DNA of 64,000 nt from an uncultured Gemmataceae bacterium (GCA_963750165.1 CAVVPN010000004.1:1024001-1088000), one strand, 5' to 3'; counted from the first letter of the stretch, positions 42,836-54,553 are shown. Program-made: numbers and translations. Notes: a model not told the origin generated them from the letters alone.

Positions 42836-45800
42836 TTGCCATCGGCCGGCAAGCCCTTCCATCTTCGGAACACGCTCCGGTAGTGATCCAGGTTCTTCTT
42901 GAACGTGAAGGGATCGACGAACTCCATGCCGTCGGTTTCGTCGATCCGTTGTCCGGTAAGGAAGCGCACCAGCGAACCAACGTCCTCGAAGGGGAAGTCG
43001 CAGCGTGGGAGCCGAATCGTGAGGGGTGGTTGTCCGTTGAAGGCCGCGTTCACCGACTGCCCGGACCTGTCGAACCACAGGTGATTCGGACTGTCGCCAA
43101 GTGGGATGGTGAGCAGGCGCTCCCCACGTTCCGCGTCCCACACGTGCAAGCCTTTGATCGAGTCGTCATACATGACCAACCGCCGACCGTCCGGGCTTAC
43201 CCCCGCGCTCGCAATTTTGAACGGTTGCCGTATCCCCGGTCCTACCGGAGTACCGTTCTCGGCGTCGTGGACCCGGGCCTGAGTGTCTGAGGTGTACACC
43301 AAAATCCTTCGTCCATCGTCGGAGAACGCGAACGCCGCGGTGATCCCGCCGAACCGCCGGTGGTGGTGAACGACATTTCCTGCATCGACATCCCACACGG
43401 TGAGCGTGCCGCACGACTCGATGAGGACGGCAAGCCGGCGGCCGTCCGGTGACAGGATCGCTTCCCGAACTTCGCCGAACTGTGTCGCCGGCCCAAACAC
43501 CAGGGGGCCGGGGTCCTGGTGTCGGGCCGGGCCGAAAACGCGACGGCCGGACACCAGGTCCCAGACCGAAAGGGTTTTGTGGTCATCCCAGCAGACGACC
43601 CGGGTGCCGTTTCGGGATAGCCTGGGCCGCCCGCCAAGGTCAAACGAGCCCAAGGGGGGGTCGCCACGGCCGTCACTTCCGGCCCAACTGGGGTTACGGT
43701 GTCCGAGTGCCACGCGCGCACGACCCCGCTTCCCGCGACGACGAACCGCGAGCCGTCGTCACAAAAGCGGCAATCGACCACCGAGCCAGGGTGAGGGATC
43801 GACCTCGGCTGGCCGTTCGGCCCGGAGAAATACACCGCTTTTCCGCCCTTGGTCCATTCCACACGCTGCCGACCGTCCGGGCTGTAAACCTGGTTGGTCA
43901 ATCCCTTGTTTGAAACCCAGCGGACGACGTTCGCCCGTCCGCAGTCGCGCCGGTACGGGCGGACGTTGGGCTTACGTGGCCCGGTCGCCCAGACCCGTAC
44001 GGTGCCGTCCTGGCTGGACGCCAGGTACCGCGAGCCGTCCCGACTGAACGCGAGCGCGCTGCAGAAGTCTCCGCACTTTTGCAGCGGCCCGACGGGCCTT
44101 CCCGTAGCCGCATCCCAGAGATGGACCAGACCCCCGCTGCTTGACGTGAGGAGCCACTTGCCGTCCAGGCTGACTCCACCATACGCGGCGTGCCGCGGGT
44201 GTTTCAGCGCGTGGACGACCTTGCCGTCGGTTAGCCCGAGGACGACCACGTCGTTTGTTTGTCCGTTCACAAGCACCCGGTCGGACCCGGGAATAAAACG
44301 GGCCTGGGAGATACGGAACGGCAGCGGGATCCTCCGCACGGGATTCGTGACGCCGCCGGCCCACAGGTACAAATTTTTATCCTTGAAACTCAGCACCGCC
44401 CGTCCGTCCGGGCTGAACCGGGGCCGGCGGTCGTTGTTAAACTGATAGCGTTGGACGTCGGTGGGGGCGGCGTGCGGCAGCGGCGGGGACACGGCCTTGA
44501 GGGTATCCGTCTCCCACACGCGAACGAAGTTATCCCTGCCGGCGGTGACCAGCCGTCAGGCGAAAAGGCAAGAGAATCCAGCACACTTTCGACCGGCAAC
44601 CGCCAGTCGAGCGGCGTCCCGTCGGCCGCGGACCACATGCGCACGGTCCTGTCCTCGGCGGCGGTAACGATTCGGTCGCCATCCGGGTGGAACTCCACCC
44701 AGGTGAGCGGGCCGTCGTGTTTCAGAGTGTACCGCCTGGCCCCGGTCGCGGCGTCCCAGACGCAGGCGCTGCCGTCGGCCGAGGCCGTGGCCACCGACTT
44801 GCCGTCCGGACTGTAACAGACGTGCCGGACCCGCCCCGCGTGCGCCAGCGGCGGGGTGGTCAACCGCGCTTGCTCGTAGTCCCAAAGGTAGGCCTCGTTG
44901 CCGTCGGTTCGAGTCAGCACCCGCCGGCCGTCGGGGGAAAAGACGGCGTCACACACTCGGGTAGTGTGGAAGCAAGCCCCGAGCATCTCGGGCATCTCGG
45001 CCAGCACGCCGGCGATCCGCGCCCGGTGAATGTCGTCGGCGGCCCGGTCGGTGCGATCCTGCTCCCAGGCCCGGTGGAACCAGAGGAGGGCCGCGGAGGC
45101 GTCGCCGGCATCCTGGTATCTCGTCCCGGTCAGGACGTAGAGGCGGATCAGTCGTTTCCGCGATTCCTCGGCCGACTGCTGGGCGGCTATCTGGGAAGCG
45201 GTGGCCTGAGCGCTGGCGGCGTTGGCTGCACCCGTGGCTGCTTCCGCGTCACTTCGAGCTTTGTTTGCCTCGCGCTCCCGGGCGACCGCCCGGTCCCGCT
45301 CGTGGTCCGCCCGGATGGCGAAGAACGACGCCACCGCGGCCCCGGCGGCGAACACCAGCAGCACCGTGGTCAACAGCGCCGCCACGGTCGGGTTGCGCCG
45401 GCACCAGCGCCACGCCACCTCCAGGTTGCCGGCACGTCGCGCCCGGATCGGCCGGTCCTGCAGGAAGCGGCGCAGGTCCTCCGCGAACTCCGCCGCCGAC
45501 TGGTAGCGCTGCGCCGGGTCGCGGGCGATGGCCTTGAGCACGACGGTTTCCAGGTCGCGCGGCACCGCCGGGTTGAGCGCCCGCGGCCGCGGCGGGTTGG
45601 CGGCCAGCACCTTTTCCACCAGGCGGGCGCGGTTGTCCGCCGCGAAGGCGGGCCGCAGCGTCAGCAACTCGTACAGGGTCAGCCCCAGCGCGTACAGGTC
45701 GGCGCGGTGGTCGCCCTGGCCGTCGAAGCGCTCGGGGGCCAGGTAGCGCAGGGTGCCGACCACGTCGCCGGCGTGCGTGAGGTCGTCGGCGTCGGCGGCC

Positions 45801-46657
45801 TTGGCCAGGCCGAAGTCGGTGATCCAGGCGGTGCCGCGCAGGTCGAGCAGCAGGTTGGCGGGTTTGATGTCGCGGTGCAGGATGCCCTGGGCATGGGCGT
45901 ACGTCAGGCCGTCCGCCGCCTGGGCGCCGATGCGTGCCACTGCTTCCCAGTAATGCCGGCCGCCCTCGGACAGGCTGCCCGACAGGGCCGGCGATGACTG
46001 GGCGCGGGGCCGCTGGCGGAGGGCGGGCCGCCGTGGCCGTCGCGCGAACGACCCGGACACCAGGGCCTCGGCCAACTCGGACACGGGCCGCGGCGCCGCC
46101 CCGGCCGCCGACTTCTCTTTGAGCCGGCGGACCTCGTCGATGACCGCGTCGAGCGGGTGGCCGTTGATGAACTGCATGGCGTAGAAATGCCGGCCGTCGG
46201 CCTCGCCGGTGCCGAAGACCGGGACGATGTTCGTGTGGTGCAGCCGGGCCGCCGCCCTGGCCTCGCGGCGGAAGCGCTCCAGGCGGCGGGGGTCGGCCAG
46301 GTGCTCGGCCGGCAGCAGTTTCAGGGCGACGTGCCGGCCCAGCGACTCCTGCACCGCCTCGTAGACGACGCCCATGCCGCCGCGGCCGATGTCGCGCAGG
46401 ATGCGGAACTCGCCGACGCGGACGGGGTCCGCGGGCGTCGGGGCGGGGTCGAAGTCGTCGGTGGGGTCGGCGAGGTCGGGCTTGAGCTGTTACATCTCGA
46501 CGAGGGCGGGGAACAGGTCGCGGATTTCCTCGGCGCGGTCGGGCAGCCGCCGGACGTACTCGGTCAGCGACGGCCGCTGGCCGGCGCGGTAGCGGGCGAC
46601 GAACTCCTCGGCGAGGCGGTCCAGCGGGTCTCGGTCGGCGGATGAGTCGGACATCAT
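42832..46657 (-). pseudogene. Ser/Thr kinase with WD40 repeats; in-frame TAA at 46490 and frameshifts ~44555 and ~43655
   Basis: DPLDRLAEEF.., IGRGGMG, HRDIKPAN, TDFGLAK, GTLRYLAPE; FSPDG/WD repeats spread over ORFs 44390, 43242, 42832. Confidence 0.85.
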
Positions 46658-47217
46658 CAAGCTCCCGGAGGGCGAATTAAGATTGTACCTGCGCGCGGCT
46701 TGTCCCTGTCCACCGAAAAAAATGGCAGGGCCGGCTGCGGACCAGGAGTTGCTCCCCTCCGGTGGGGGTGCCGTAGCCGAGGGTCGCGGCTTGATCCGCA
46801 CCGCGCCTGCGACCTGGGCAGGCGCTTCTGGCTTTCTCGTCAGCGCAGGACGACCGTGACAGTTCCAGGATGGTCCGGGGGCCCTGCGCCCGCGGGCAAC
46901 AAGGCGTTCGACATCCAGGGGGCTGGATTTCAGGAGGCCGGTCGCCGGGGTTGACCAGTGTGCCTCACTGCTGGGGCCCGTACAGCGCTCCGGTCCTCTC
47001 GACATACGCGCGCAAGCCTATGTGCCCAGTGCGCTCCGGGCTGACACACCGCCTTCAGCGGTTGCCTTTGGCCCTTTCGCGGCTCGATCAGATTCAAAGC
47101 CGCTACCACCCGCTCTTATCTAAACGGATGTCATCCTCGGCCCGTGAACACGTACCGAATAACCGCTTCGTCAAGTCAGCGCCAGCCATTTGTGTCCCAG
47201 GGGCCGCCGCGCCTGTG

Positions 47218-47289
47218 GAGCAAGGGCGCCGCTTCTCGACGTGTGAAAAAGATGGCCCCCTTGGCCTCCTTGGCCCCCTTGCTCTGCAA
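47218..47289. repeat. Dispersed 9-mer repeat module, copy 2
   Basis: GAGCAAGGGCGCC...TCTCGACGTGTGAAAAAGATGGCCCCCTTGGCCTCCTTGGCCCCCTTGCTC. Confidence 0.85.
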
Positions 47290-47421
47290 AGCGACGCCAC
47301 CCAGCGAACCCCAGTGCCTCGGCACGCGAATTGCATCAACGTATATTGATGCCCGAAACAATCGCCGGAAGGAGAGAGAGCCATGCGACAGGTCAAGAAC
47401 AACCAGGTCGTTGAGGAACCG

Positions 47422-47607
47422 ATGTCCTCGACCACCGACCGCAAGGACAAGACCGACCAGGCGGGCCAGGACGCGACCCGTAGCGTCGGCAAGACGCAGC
47501 CGAACCAGCAGAATCAAAACTCCTCGCCGGACGAAGCCGTCAACGAGCAACAGCAGAAGCAATCGAAGCCGGGCCACACCCACGGCCAGGGCTGCGGTTG
47601 CGGCTGA
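47422..47607 (+). CDS. Small hydrophilic protein ending HTHGQGCGCG
   Basis: GAGGA RBS before ATG 47422 (alternative 47383); followed by hairpin. Confidence 0.6.
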   Translation: MSSTTDRKDKTDQAGQDATRSVGKTQPNQQNQNSSPDEAVNEQQQKQSKPGHTHGQGCGCG

Positions 47608-47623
47608 ACCACCTGAAGACGCT

Positions 47624-47671
47624 GTGAGCCCCTGGCGGGCGTGTTTCGCACACGGGCCGCCAGGGGCTCGC
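47624..47671 (+). terminator. Stem-loop, probable terminator
   Basis: GAGCCCCTGGCGG...CCGCCAGGGGCTC just after the stop; weak U tract. Confidence 0.5.
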
Positions 47672-47702
47672 GGCTTTCCCGCATGACGAAAGGCGGTACC
47701 TC

Positions 47703-48529
47703 ATGGCCGACGACGGACGGGCCTTCCCTTTTTTGCGCGTCAACCAGCGACCCGCGAAGCCGCGCACCACCGGCCTGACGGAGATGCGCGGGCCCTATTA
47801 CACGCCGCTGGGGCCGCGCTATTTGCAGGACATTCTGGAGACGTTCGGCGCCGCCGTGGACATCCTCAAGTTCGCCGGCGGCGCCTTCGTGCTCATGCCG
47901 CGCAAGGCGCTTCGCGACCTCATCGACCTGTGCCACCGTCATCAGGTGCTGGTCTCGACCGGCGGCTTCCTGGAGTACGTGCTGCCGCAGGGCGCCGCCG
48001 TGGTCGAGCGCACGCTCGGCGAGTGCCGCGACCTGGGCTTCGACATCGTCGAGGTGTCGAGCGGCTTCGTGACGCTGCCGGCGGACGATCTGGTGCGGTT
48101 GACGAAGCGCGTGCAGCAGGCGGGGCTGAAGGCCAAGCCGGAGGTCGGCATTCAGTTCGGCGCCGGCGGCGCCACCTCGGCCGAGGCGCTGGCGGCGGAG
48201 GGCACGCGCGATGTCGGCAGCGCCGCCCGGCTGGCGCGGCAACACCTCGACGCGGGAGCCGAACTCATCATGATCGAGTCGGAGGGCATCACCGAGAACG
48301 TGCACAGCTGGCGCACCGACGCGGTGGCGCGGTTGGTCGAGGCGATCGGCCTGGAACGGCTGATGTTCGAGGCCGCTGACCCGCCGGTCTTCACCTGGTA
48401 CGTCAAGACCTTCGGCCCCGAGGTCAACCTGTTCGTCGATCACAGCCAGGTCGTGCAGCTGGAGTGCCTGCGCGCGGCATCTGGGGCACGATGGATGTCT
48501 GGGGCCGCGTGCTCACGTATAAGCCGTGA
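47703..48529 (+). CDS. comA: Phosphosulfolactate synthase family protein (frameshift ~48475)
   Basis: KPRTTGLTEMRGPYY, LKFAGG, STGG, EVSSGF, KPEVGIQFGAGG, MIESEGITE, FEAA, NLFVDHSQ...LECLR-GIWG. Confidence 0.85.
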
Positions 48530-48587
48530 CGCATGCGTCGGCGGCCCCGGTGTGCGGGCCGTCGCGCGCTTTCTACGATGACGCCAG

Positions 48588-50372
48588 GTGCGCTTGATCC
48601 CAGGTTCCTGGCGGCGAGGTGGAGTGGTGCGGCAAGTCTGGCTGCGACGGGCGTGGGGAACAGCCCAAAATCTGCTGGAGCGGCCGCGCGGCCTCAACTG
48701 GGTGGACCCACTGCTGCTGCTCGGCCTGGTCGGCCTGGTCTTCGGCCTCTTCCACCTGAGCCGCGCCTGGACCGCGGAGCCGCGGCCCACCGTCGAGATC
48801 GACCTGTCCCCCGCCGCGCTGCCGCTGTACACCTTCTTCTCATTGATGCGCGGCCTGCTGGCCTACGTGCTGTCGCTCGGCTTCACGCTGGTCTACGGTT
48901 ACTGGGCGGCGCGCGACGCCCGGGCCGAGCGTGTGCTGATCCCACTGCTCGACATCCTGCAAAGCATTCCCGTGCTCGGCTTCATGCCCGGCCTGGTGCT
49001 GGCGCTGGTGGCGGTGTTCCCCGGCAGCAACGTCGGCCTGGAACTGGCGGCGGTCATCATGATCTTCACCGGCCAGGCGTGGAACATGACCTTCAGCTTC
49101 TACCATTCGCTGCGCAGCCTGCCGGCGGACCTGCTCGAAGTGGGCCGCGTCTACCGCTTCGGCTGGTGGCGGCGCTTCCGCTGGATCGAACTGCCCTTCT
49201 CGACGCTCGGCCTGGTCTGGAACAGCATGATGAGCATGGCCGGCGGCTGGTTCTTCCTGATGATTAACGAAGCGTTCCGCCTCGGCAACCGCGACTTCCG
49301 GCTGCCCGGCGTCGGCTCGTACATGAGCGTCGCGGTTGAGCGCGGCGACGTGCCGGCCATGCTGTGGGCGATTGTGGCGATGACGCTGATGATCGTCCTG
49401 CTCGATCAGCTGCTGTGGCGGCCGGTGGTCGTCTGGGCCCAGAAATTCCGGGTCGAGGAGGGCGGCGACCAGGAGGCGCCGTCAGCGTGGTTCCTGGACT
49501 GGCTGCGGCGCTCGCGCCTGGTGGCCGCGGCCCGCGGGCTGCTGGCCCGGCTGTGGGCCGAGCCGACCGGGAAGCCGGCGGACGCGCAGCCGGTGCATCT
49601 ACCGCAGCGGACGGACGCCGGCGCGTGGGCGGGGTGGCTGTCGCTGACGGTCCTGGCGGCGTTGCTGGCGGCGCTGGCGTGGGGAGCCTGGCTGCTGCTG
49701 GGGATCCTCGGCGACGTGACGCTGGCGGCGTGGGGCGAACTGGTCGTCGCGGCCCTGTGGACGCTCGGCCGCGTGCTGCTCTCGACGGCGCTCGGCACGC
49801 TCTGGGCGCTGCCGGCCGGGCTGGCGATTGGGCTGTCGCCACGGCTGGCGCGGGCGCTGCAGCCGGTGGTGCAGGTGCTGGCGTCGTTCCCGGCGCCGAT
49901 GCTGTTTCCGCTGGTGATCGCAGTCCTGACCTGGGCGGGCGTCGCCCTCAACTGGGGCAGCATCGTGCTGATGCTGCTGGGTACGCAATGGTACATCCTG
50001 TTCAACGTCATCGCCGGCGCCATGGCGGTGCCGGCCGACCTCAAGGAGGCCGCGCGCAGTTACCGCATCACCGGCTGGCGGCGTTTTCGGATGCTGTACC
50101 TGCCGGCGGTCTTTCCGTACCTGGTCACCGGCTGGGTGACCGCTGCGGGCGGCGCCTGGAACGCCAGCATTGTGTCGGAGTACGTGACGTTCCGCGGCGA
50201 GATCCACGAGGCCAACGGCCTGGGGGCGCAGATCAGCGCCGCCGCCGCCGCGGATTTTCCGCGGTTGACGGCCAGCATCCTGGTGATGTCGGTGCTGGTG
50301 GTGGCCTTTAACCAGACGGTCTGGCGGCGCTGCTACCACCTGGCGGAGGAGCGCTTTTCGCTGACGCGCTAA
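48588..50372 (+). CDS. NitT/TauT-family ABC transporter permease (two fused TM domains); start uncertain
   Basis: LDILQSIPVLGF, FTGQAWNMTFSFY, WNSMMSMAGGWFF, GTQWYILFNVIAG, GGAWNASIVSE. Confidence 0.88.
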   Translation: MRLIPGSWRRGGVVRQVWLRRAWGTAQNLLERPRGLNWVDPLLLLGLVGLVFGLFHLSRAWTAEPRPTVEIDLSPAALPLYTFFSLMRGLLAYVLSLGFTLVYGYWAARDARAERVLIPLLDILQSIPVLGFMPGLVLALVAVFPGSNVGLELAAVIMIFTGQAWNMTFSFYHSLRSLPADLLEVGRVYRFGWWRRFRWIELPFSTLGLVWNSMMSMAGGWFFLMINEAFRLGNRDFRLPGVGSYMSVAVERGDVPAMLWAIVAMTLMIVLLDQLLWRPVVVWAQKFRVEEGGDQEAPSAWFLDWLRRSRLVAAARGLLARLWAEPTGKPADAQPVHLPQRTDAGAWAGWLSLTVLAALLAALAWGAWLLLGILGDVTLAAWGELVVAALWTLGRVLLSTALGTLWALPAGLAIGLSPRLARALQPVVQVLASFPAPMLFPLVIAVLTWAGVALNWGSIVLMLLGTQWYILFNVIAGAMAVPADLKEAARSYRITGWRRFRMLYLPAVFPYLVTGWVTAAGGAWNASIVSEYVTFRGEIHEANGLGAQISAAAAADFPRLTASILVMSVLVVAFNQTVWRRCYHLAEERFSLTR

Positions 50373-51998
50373 GAACTCGTGGACCAGTTGATAGACTCGG
50401 TAGCAAGAATCCGCGTAAATCTCTTTTAGGCCAGGCCCTTGCAAGTCCTGCTGTGCGGGCCACACCAGGTCAGTCACCCCGAGCTGGCGTAGTTCCGCCA
50501 GGGCTGCCGCCCGCTGGCCCTCCTTCAGCAGTCGCTGCACCGCCTCCGCCCGCCGCAACCGGTCCCGCCAGGCGATCACCTCCACGTCCTTGTAAGGGAT
50601 GGCCTTGAAATCCACGTAAATCGGTACGCCGGCATACAGCCGAAAGCGCTGCAGGTCCAGCGGGATCACGCTCACGTCCTGCCGCTTCTTCGCGAGCGGC
50701 CGGAAATCGCTCGACGACGAACCGCGCGTGGCCGCCACCAGGTCCGGCACGCGGACGGGCACGAAGTACACCTGCCCCGGCTCACGGTTGCGCCGCACGA
50801 AGTCCATCACGCCCTCTTCCTCCTGGCCGGTGTGGAACGCCAGCCGGCCGACGCTGATCCAAACGCCGCCGGCCGCCAGCGCGACGACGGCCGCGGCGGC
50901 GAGGGTTCGCGCGAATGGCCCACCCAGGGGCAGGGCCGGGACGGCGACCACGCGCGTGAGGACCACCGCCGTGGCGACGGGCACCAGCACGGCGGACATG
51001 CGCCAGGGGAAGAGCAGTGCCAGGGTGTCGTTGCCGGTTAGCGCCTGGGCCGCGGTCAGCAGCAACATCAGCACATACGGGACGGCCAGGACGGTGAACA
51101 GCCGCGTCCGCCAGACCAGGGCCAGCGCCACAGCGATCCAGACGAGTTGCAGCCCGGCGATCGGGTCGAGCCAGAGGTCCGGCCGGGCGTGGTGCGGAAT
51201 GCGGACATTGACGAGGATGGCCTGCGCCTCGGCGAACGTCTCGGGCGTGGTCGGGCCGAAGGTGAGCAGGGCATGAGCGACAACCGGCGCGACCAGCAGC
51301 AGAGCCAGGGCGCCCAGCCCCAGCGCCGGACGGAGGCGGCCCTGCTGGAGGTAAGCCGTCATGAACCCAAGGGTGAGCAGGGCTCCGGGGAGCAGGTACG
51401 TCGCGTGGACCGTGGCGGCGAGGGCGATGCAGATCACGGCCAGCACGGGCCGGCCGCGGACGAACAGGGCGATGGCCGCCACCAGCAGGACGCCGAACAC
51501 GGACGGCTGGAACATGGGGCCGAGCAGGTACTGCCCGGCGACACCGGTTTGCAGATACCAGACATAATCCCAGCCCAGCCAGTGATAGCCGGCCCAGCGC
51601 ACCGCGGCCGCGTGGACGGCGACCAGCAGGGCGAGGAAGACGGGCCAGCGTCGGGCCGCCGTCTCGGGACCGGCGACCGCGGCGAACAGGCCGAGCAGGG
51701 CGGCGGCGTAGACGACCAGGAGCAGGCCGTGGTAAAGGTGGAACACCCACGGAGACAGGAAGCGGGCGGTCACGGCCACCAGGGCACTGAAGCAGGGAGT
51801 CGGATCGAGCGTGTTGGCCAGCCAGTCCTCGCGCAGCAGGACGTGGCTCGGCGCACCGCTGTCGGCGAGGCCGTGCAGGAAATACTGATTCTGGTTGGAA
51901 TAGTACAGCGGTGCCTGGCCGTAGGCGGCCGCGAAGGCCCCGGTCCCGAGCAGAAGCAGCAGGACGGTGCGGGCGGCGCGAGGGGTCGGGTTGGTCAT
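50370..51998 (-). CDS. Polytopic membrane protein (DUF6798-like); 3' end uncertain
   Basis: PLYYSNQNQYFLHG, DWLANT.DPTP.FS, GVAGQY, RIPHH, FRLYAGVPIYVDFK; computed ORF runs on to 49599 antisense to the permease. Confidence 0.7.
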
Positions 51999-52287
51999 GG
52001 GAATCCGCAACGGTGTGGGTCCGTAGGCGCCGGGGTTCGAGGCGGATTGCATTGCGCCAGTGCACACACACAATTGCTTTCGTACCACCGCGGGCCGGTT
52101 CGGCAAGTCCCGCTCCCTCAGCGGCGTTGTGGATATCCTGAACCTGCACGTCGCCGGCGGTGTCGTGAGGATAATACGGCAGCGCCTTGGCGGTTCTTGG
52201 TTCTGGTCGGAGCCCGAGCGCCAGTGCTCCGACCCCTGTGGGGTTGGTTCGGAATCGATCACTGACGGGAAGACCGGGAAAGAGAGG

Positions 52288-54300
52288 TCACTTTTGCTTG
52301 CCAGCCTCGACGCGGACATCCCAGATCAGCACGTTGCCGTTTGAGTAGCCGGACGCCACCCTAGCGCCGTCAGGGGAAACGGTCAAGCAAGTCACCAGAG
52401 TCGGGCCCGTAAAGGTCTTCACGATGGATCGCTTCGCCGCCTCGAAAGCACACACGCGCCCGTCCATCAACGCAAACCAAACGACTTTGCCATTTGGGGC
52501 GAAGGCCAACTGAGTTATCTCATCGCGCTCCGGCAAATCCCAGGAGAACTGGGATTCGCCACCCGGCCAACTGTGGAACACCAGGGCCGGGGGACGTTTG
52601 GCGACGCCAGCCATGCGCGGTGCCCGATAGCCAACGCATACCTTGTGGGAAGGAGCAACCGCGAAGCGATCCGGACCGTCCCCGATGGAATCGACCTTGG
52701 CCAACAATTTTCCATTGATCACATTCCAAAGTCGCAAGGTGCCGGCGTCGTCGCGCGCCGCCACTTGGCCGTTGTCGGCGAATTCCAGACCGCGCGGGTT
52801 GAACCCATGTTTTTCCAGTTTTTGTAAAGGGTTACCCGTCGCCCGTTCCCAGACGCGTAGATACCCGCTAGAGTTCGCACCTGCCAAACTTTTGCCGTCT
52901 GGGGACAGGGCAAGTCCGAGATAGGCTTGCTCATACTTCTCGCCAAAACGAGTAAGCTTGTTACCGGTGTTGGTATCCCAACTGAGCACGGGCACCTGAT
53001 AATCCAAACCCGCGGAAAAAAGGGCTTTGCCGTCCGGGCTGAGTAGCAGGCAAGTGACACCGCGATTTTGCGCCTCAAGACGACGCAATTCACGCCCCTG
53101 GCGCACATCCCACAAGCGGATGGAACCGTCCTTGCTCCCCGTCCACATTTGAGTACTGTCCGCGGTGAAGCAGGCCGTAGGCACTTCCGAAAGATGCCCT
53201 TCATCGGCCCGTGAAACCGGCTGGCCCGTCTCCGCATCCCAGATGCGGACAACGCCGTTTCTACATACCGCCGCTACCTTCTTCCCATCGCTGGAGTACT
53301 CTAATCCCTGGATTTCCAAACCGGGCCTGGGAGTAACGCGAAGTTTCTGTTGCGCCTTAACATCCCACCATTCCAGGGTTCCGGCGAAACCATCTCCACA
53401 TACCAAGCGAGAGCCATCAGGAGACAAGGCCACGGGTCCGGTGGCAGAGGTTTTCAGGCGCGCTATCTCTTTCATGTCAGGCAATTCCCAAACGACCACG
53501 ACGGAAGCTTTATCTGCCCTCCCCCCTGCGGCCAAGAATTTTCCATTCTGAGAGGTCGCCAAAGAACGGACAGATGGCCCAACAATCTTTTTTTTCTGGC
53601 GCCCTGAAGGGATGTGGAACAGGCGAACAGCGCCGTCGTCGCTACCAGCAGCCACGAACTCTTTGGAAATTGCCAGTTTGTCTTTCCGAGTGGTCTGGGT
53701 GACAAACTCTCGGATGGTTTTATCCTTGTCAACTTGGCACATCCCAAGATGCCCGCTCCACGAGACTGCAACCAACACGTTGCCCCCAGGAGTGAATCGG
53801 GCTGAATAAAATTTGTCCGAGTTGATGACTGCAGAAAGACGCTCGGGGGGGCCCTTCAGATTGGAGGGGAACAGAAAAACGCTGCCTTCATGAACGAAAG
53901 CTACCGTCTTTCCGTCTCCCGAGACAGACAACGCAGGGTGGACAGCACCAGGCAAACTGACAGCTCCTGTTGGATTCTTGAGCACGACCGGAAAAGCGGA
54001 CTCATGCCGGACATTTCCTGTCGCCACATCAAACACTCTGAGTTTGCCCCCACTATCAGACACAATCTTGGAGCCGTCAGGAAAGATCGCAAAGCTCCTT
54101 GCGAAACCTCCCGGGGAAAAGCGAACCGTCCCCAGCCGCATGAGTGCGCCGGGAGGCAACGGATCCTGATGGCGATCTATTTGTCCCATGGGTTGGTCCG
54201 GCTGGGCAGATTTTATTGTCTGCAGTTCCGTGAGTCCGGCAACTCCGATCAGCAGTGCGAGGGAAACCCATCTCATTGTGCGGGACAAACATGATGCCAT
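52288..54300 (-). CDS. Exported WD40-repeat protein, atypically AT-rich
   Basis: Signal peptide, DPLPPGALMRLGTVRF, many SPDG..L..G..DG.IRLWD repeats. Confidence 0.85.
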   Translation of the reverse strand: MASCLSRTMRWVSLALLIGVAGLTELQTIKSAQPDQPMGQIDRHQDPLPPGALMRLGTVRFSPGGFARSFAIFPDGSKIVSDSGGKLRVFDVATGNVRHESAFPVVLKNPTGAVSLPGAVHPALSVSGDGKTVAFVHEGSVFLFPSNLKGPPERLSAVINSDKFYSARFTPGGNVLVAVSWSGHLGMCQVDKDKTIREFVTQTTRKDKLAISKEFVAAGSDDGAVRLFHIPSGRQKKKIVGPSVRSLATSQNGKFLAAGGRADKASVVVVWELPDMKEIARLKTSATGPVALSPDGSRLVCGDGFAGTLEWWDVKAQQKLRVTPRPGLEIQGLEYSSDGKKVAAVCRNGVVRIWDAETGQPVSRADEGHLSEVPTACFTADSTQMWTGSKDGSIRLWDVRQGRELRRLEAQNRGVTCLLLSPDGKALFSAGLDYQVPVLSWDTNTGNKLTRFGEKYEQAYLGLALSPDGKSLAGANSSGYLRVWERATGNPLQKLEKHGFNPRGLEFADNGQVAARDDAGTLRLWNVINGKLLAKVDSIGDGPDRFAVAPSHKVCVGYRAPRMAGVAKRPPALVFHSWPGGESQFSWDLPERDEITQLAFAPNGKVVWFALMDGRVCAFEAAKRSIVKTFTGPTLVTCLTVSPDGARVASGYSNGNVLIWDVRVEAGKQK

Positions 54301-54439
54301 AAAACACCTCAATGCTCCATCGGTTCAAGGCAGTCAGGGATGGGTAGCTTCGGGGCCGATCTACCAGCCCGACGACTTTCAAGAACTCGCCGCGATACTC
54401 GGCCAGTACTGATATCGATGACTGCCTTACACCCGAACC

Positions 54440-54508
54440 GCAAGGGCGCCCAATCTCGACGTATGAAAAAGTTGGCTCCCTTGGCTCCCTTGGCTCCCTT
54501 GCTGTGGC
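54440..54508. repeat. Dispersed 9-mer repeat module, copy 3
   Basis: GCAAGGGCGCC...TCTCGACGTATGAAAAAG(TTGGCTCCC)x3TTGCTGTGGC. Confidence 0.85.
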
Positions 54509-54553
54509 TATCCATGCCAGCGGAGGACGGGCGATGCCACCCGTGCGGAGCGC

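Noticed and set aside
47333..47352. FNR/CRP box
   Set aside because: Half-sites are ATCAA-N6-TTGAT, the reverse of TTGAT-N4-ATCAA.
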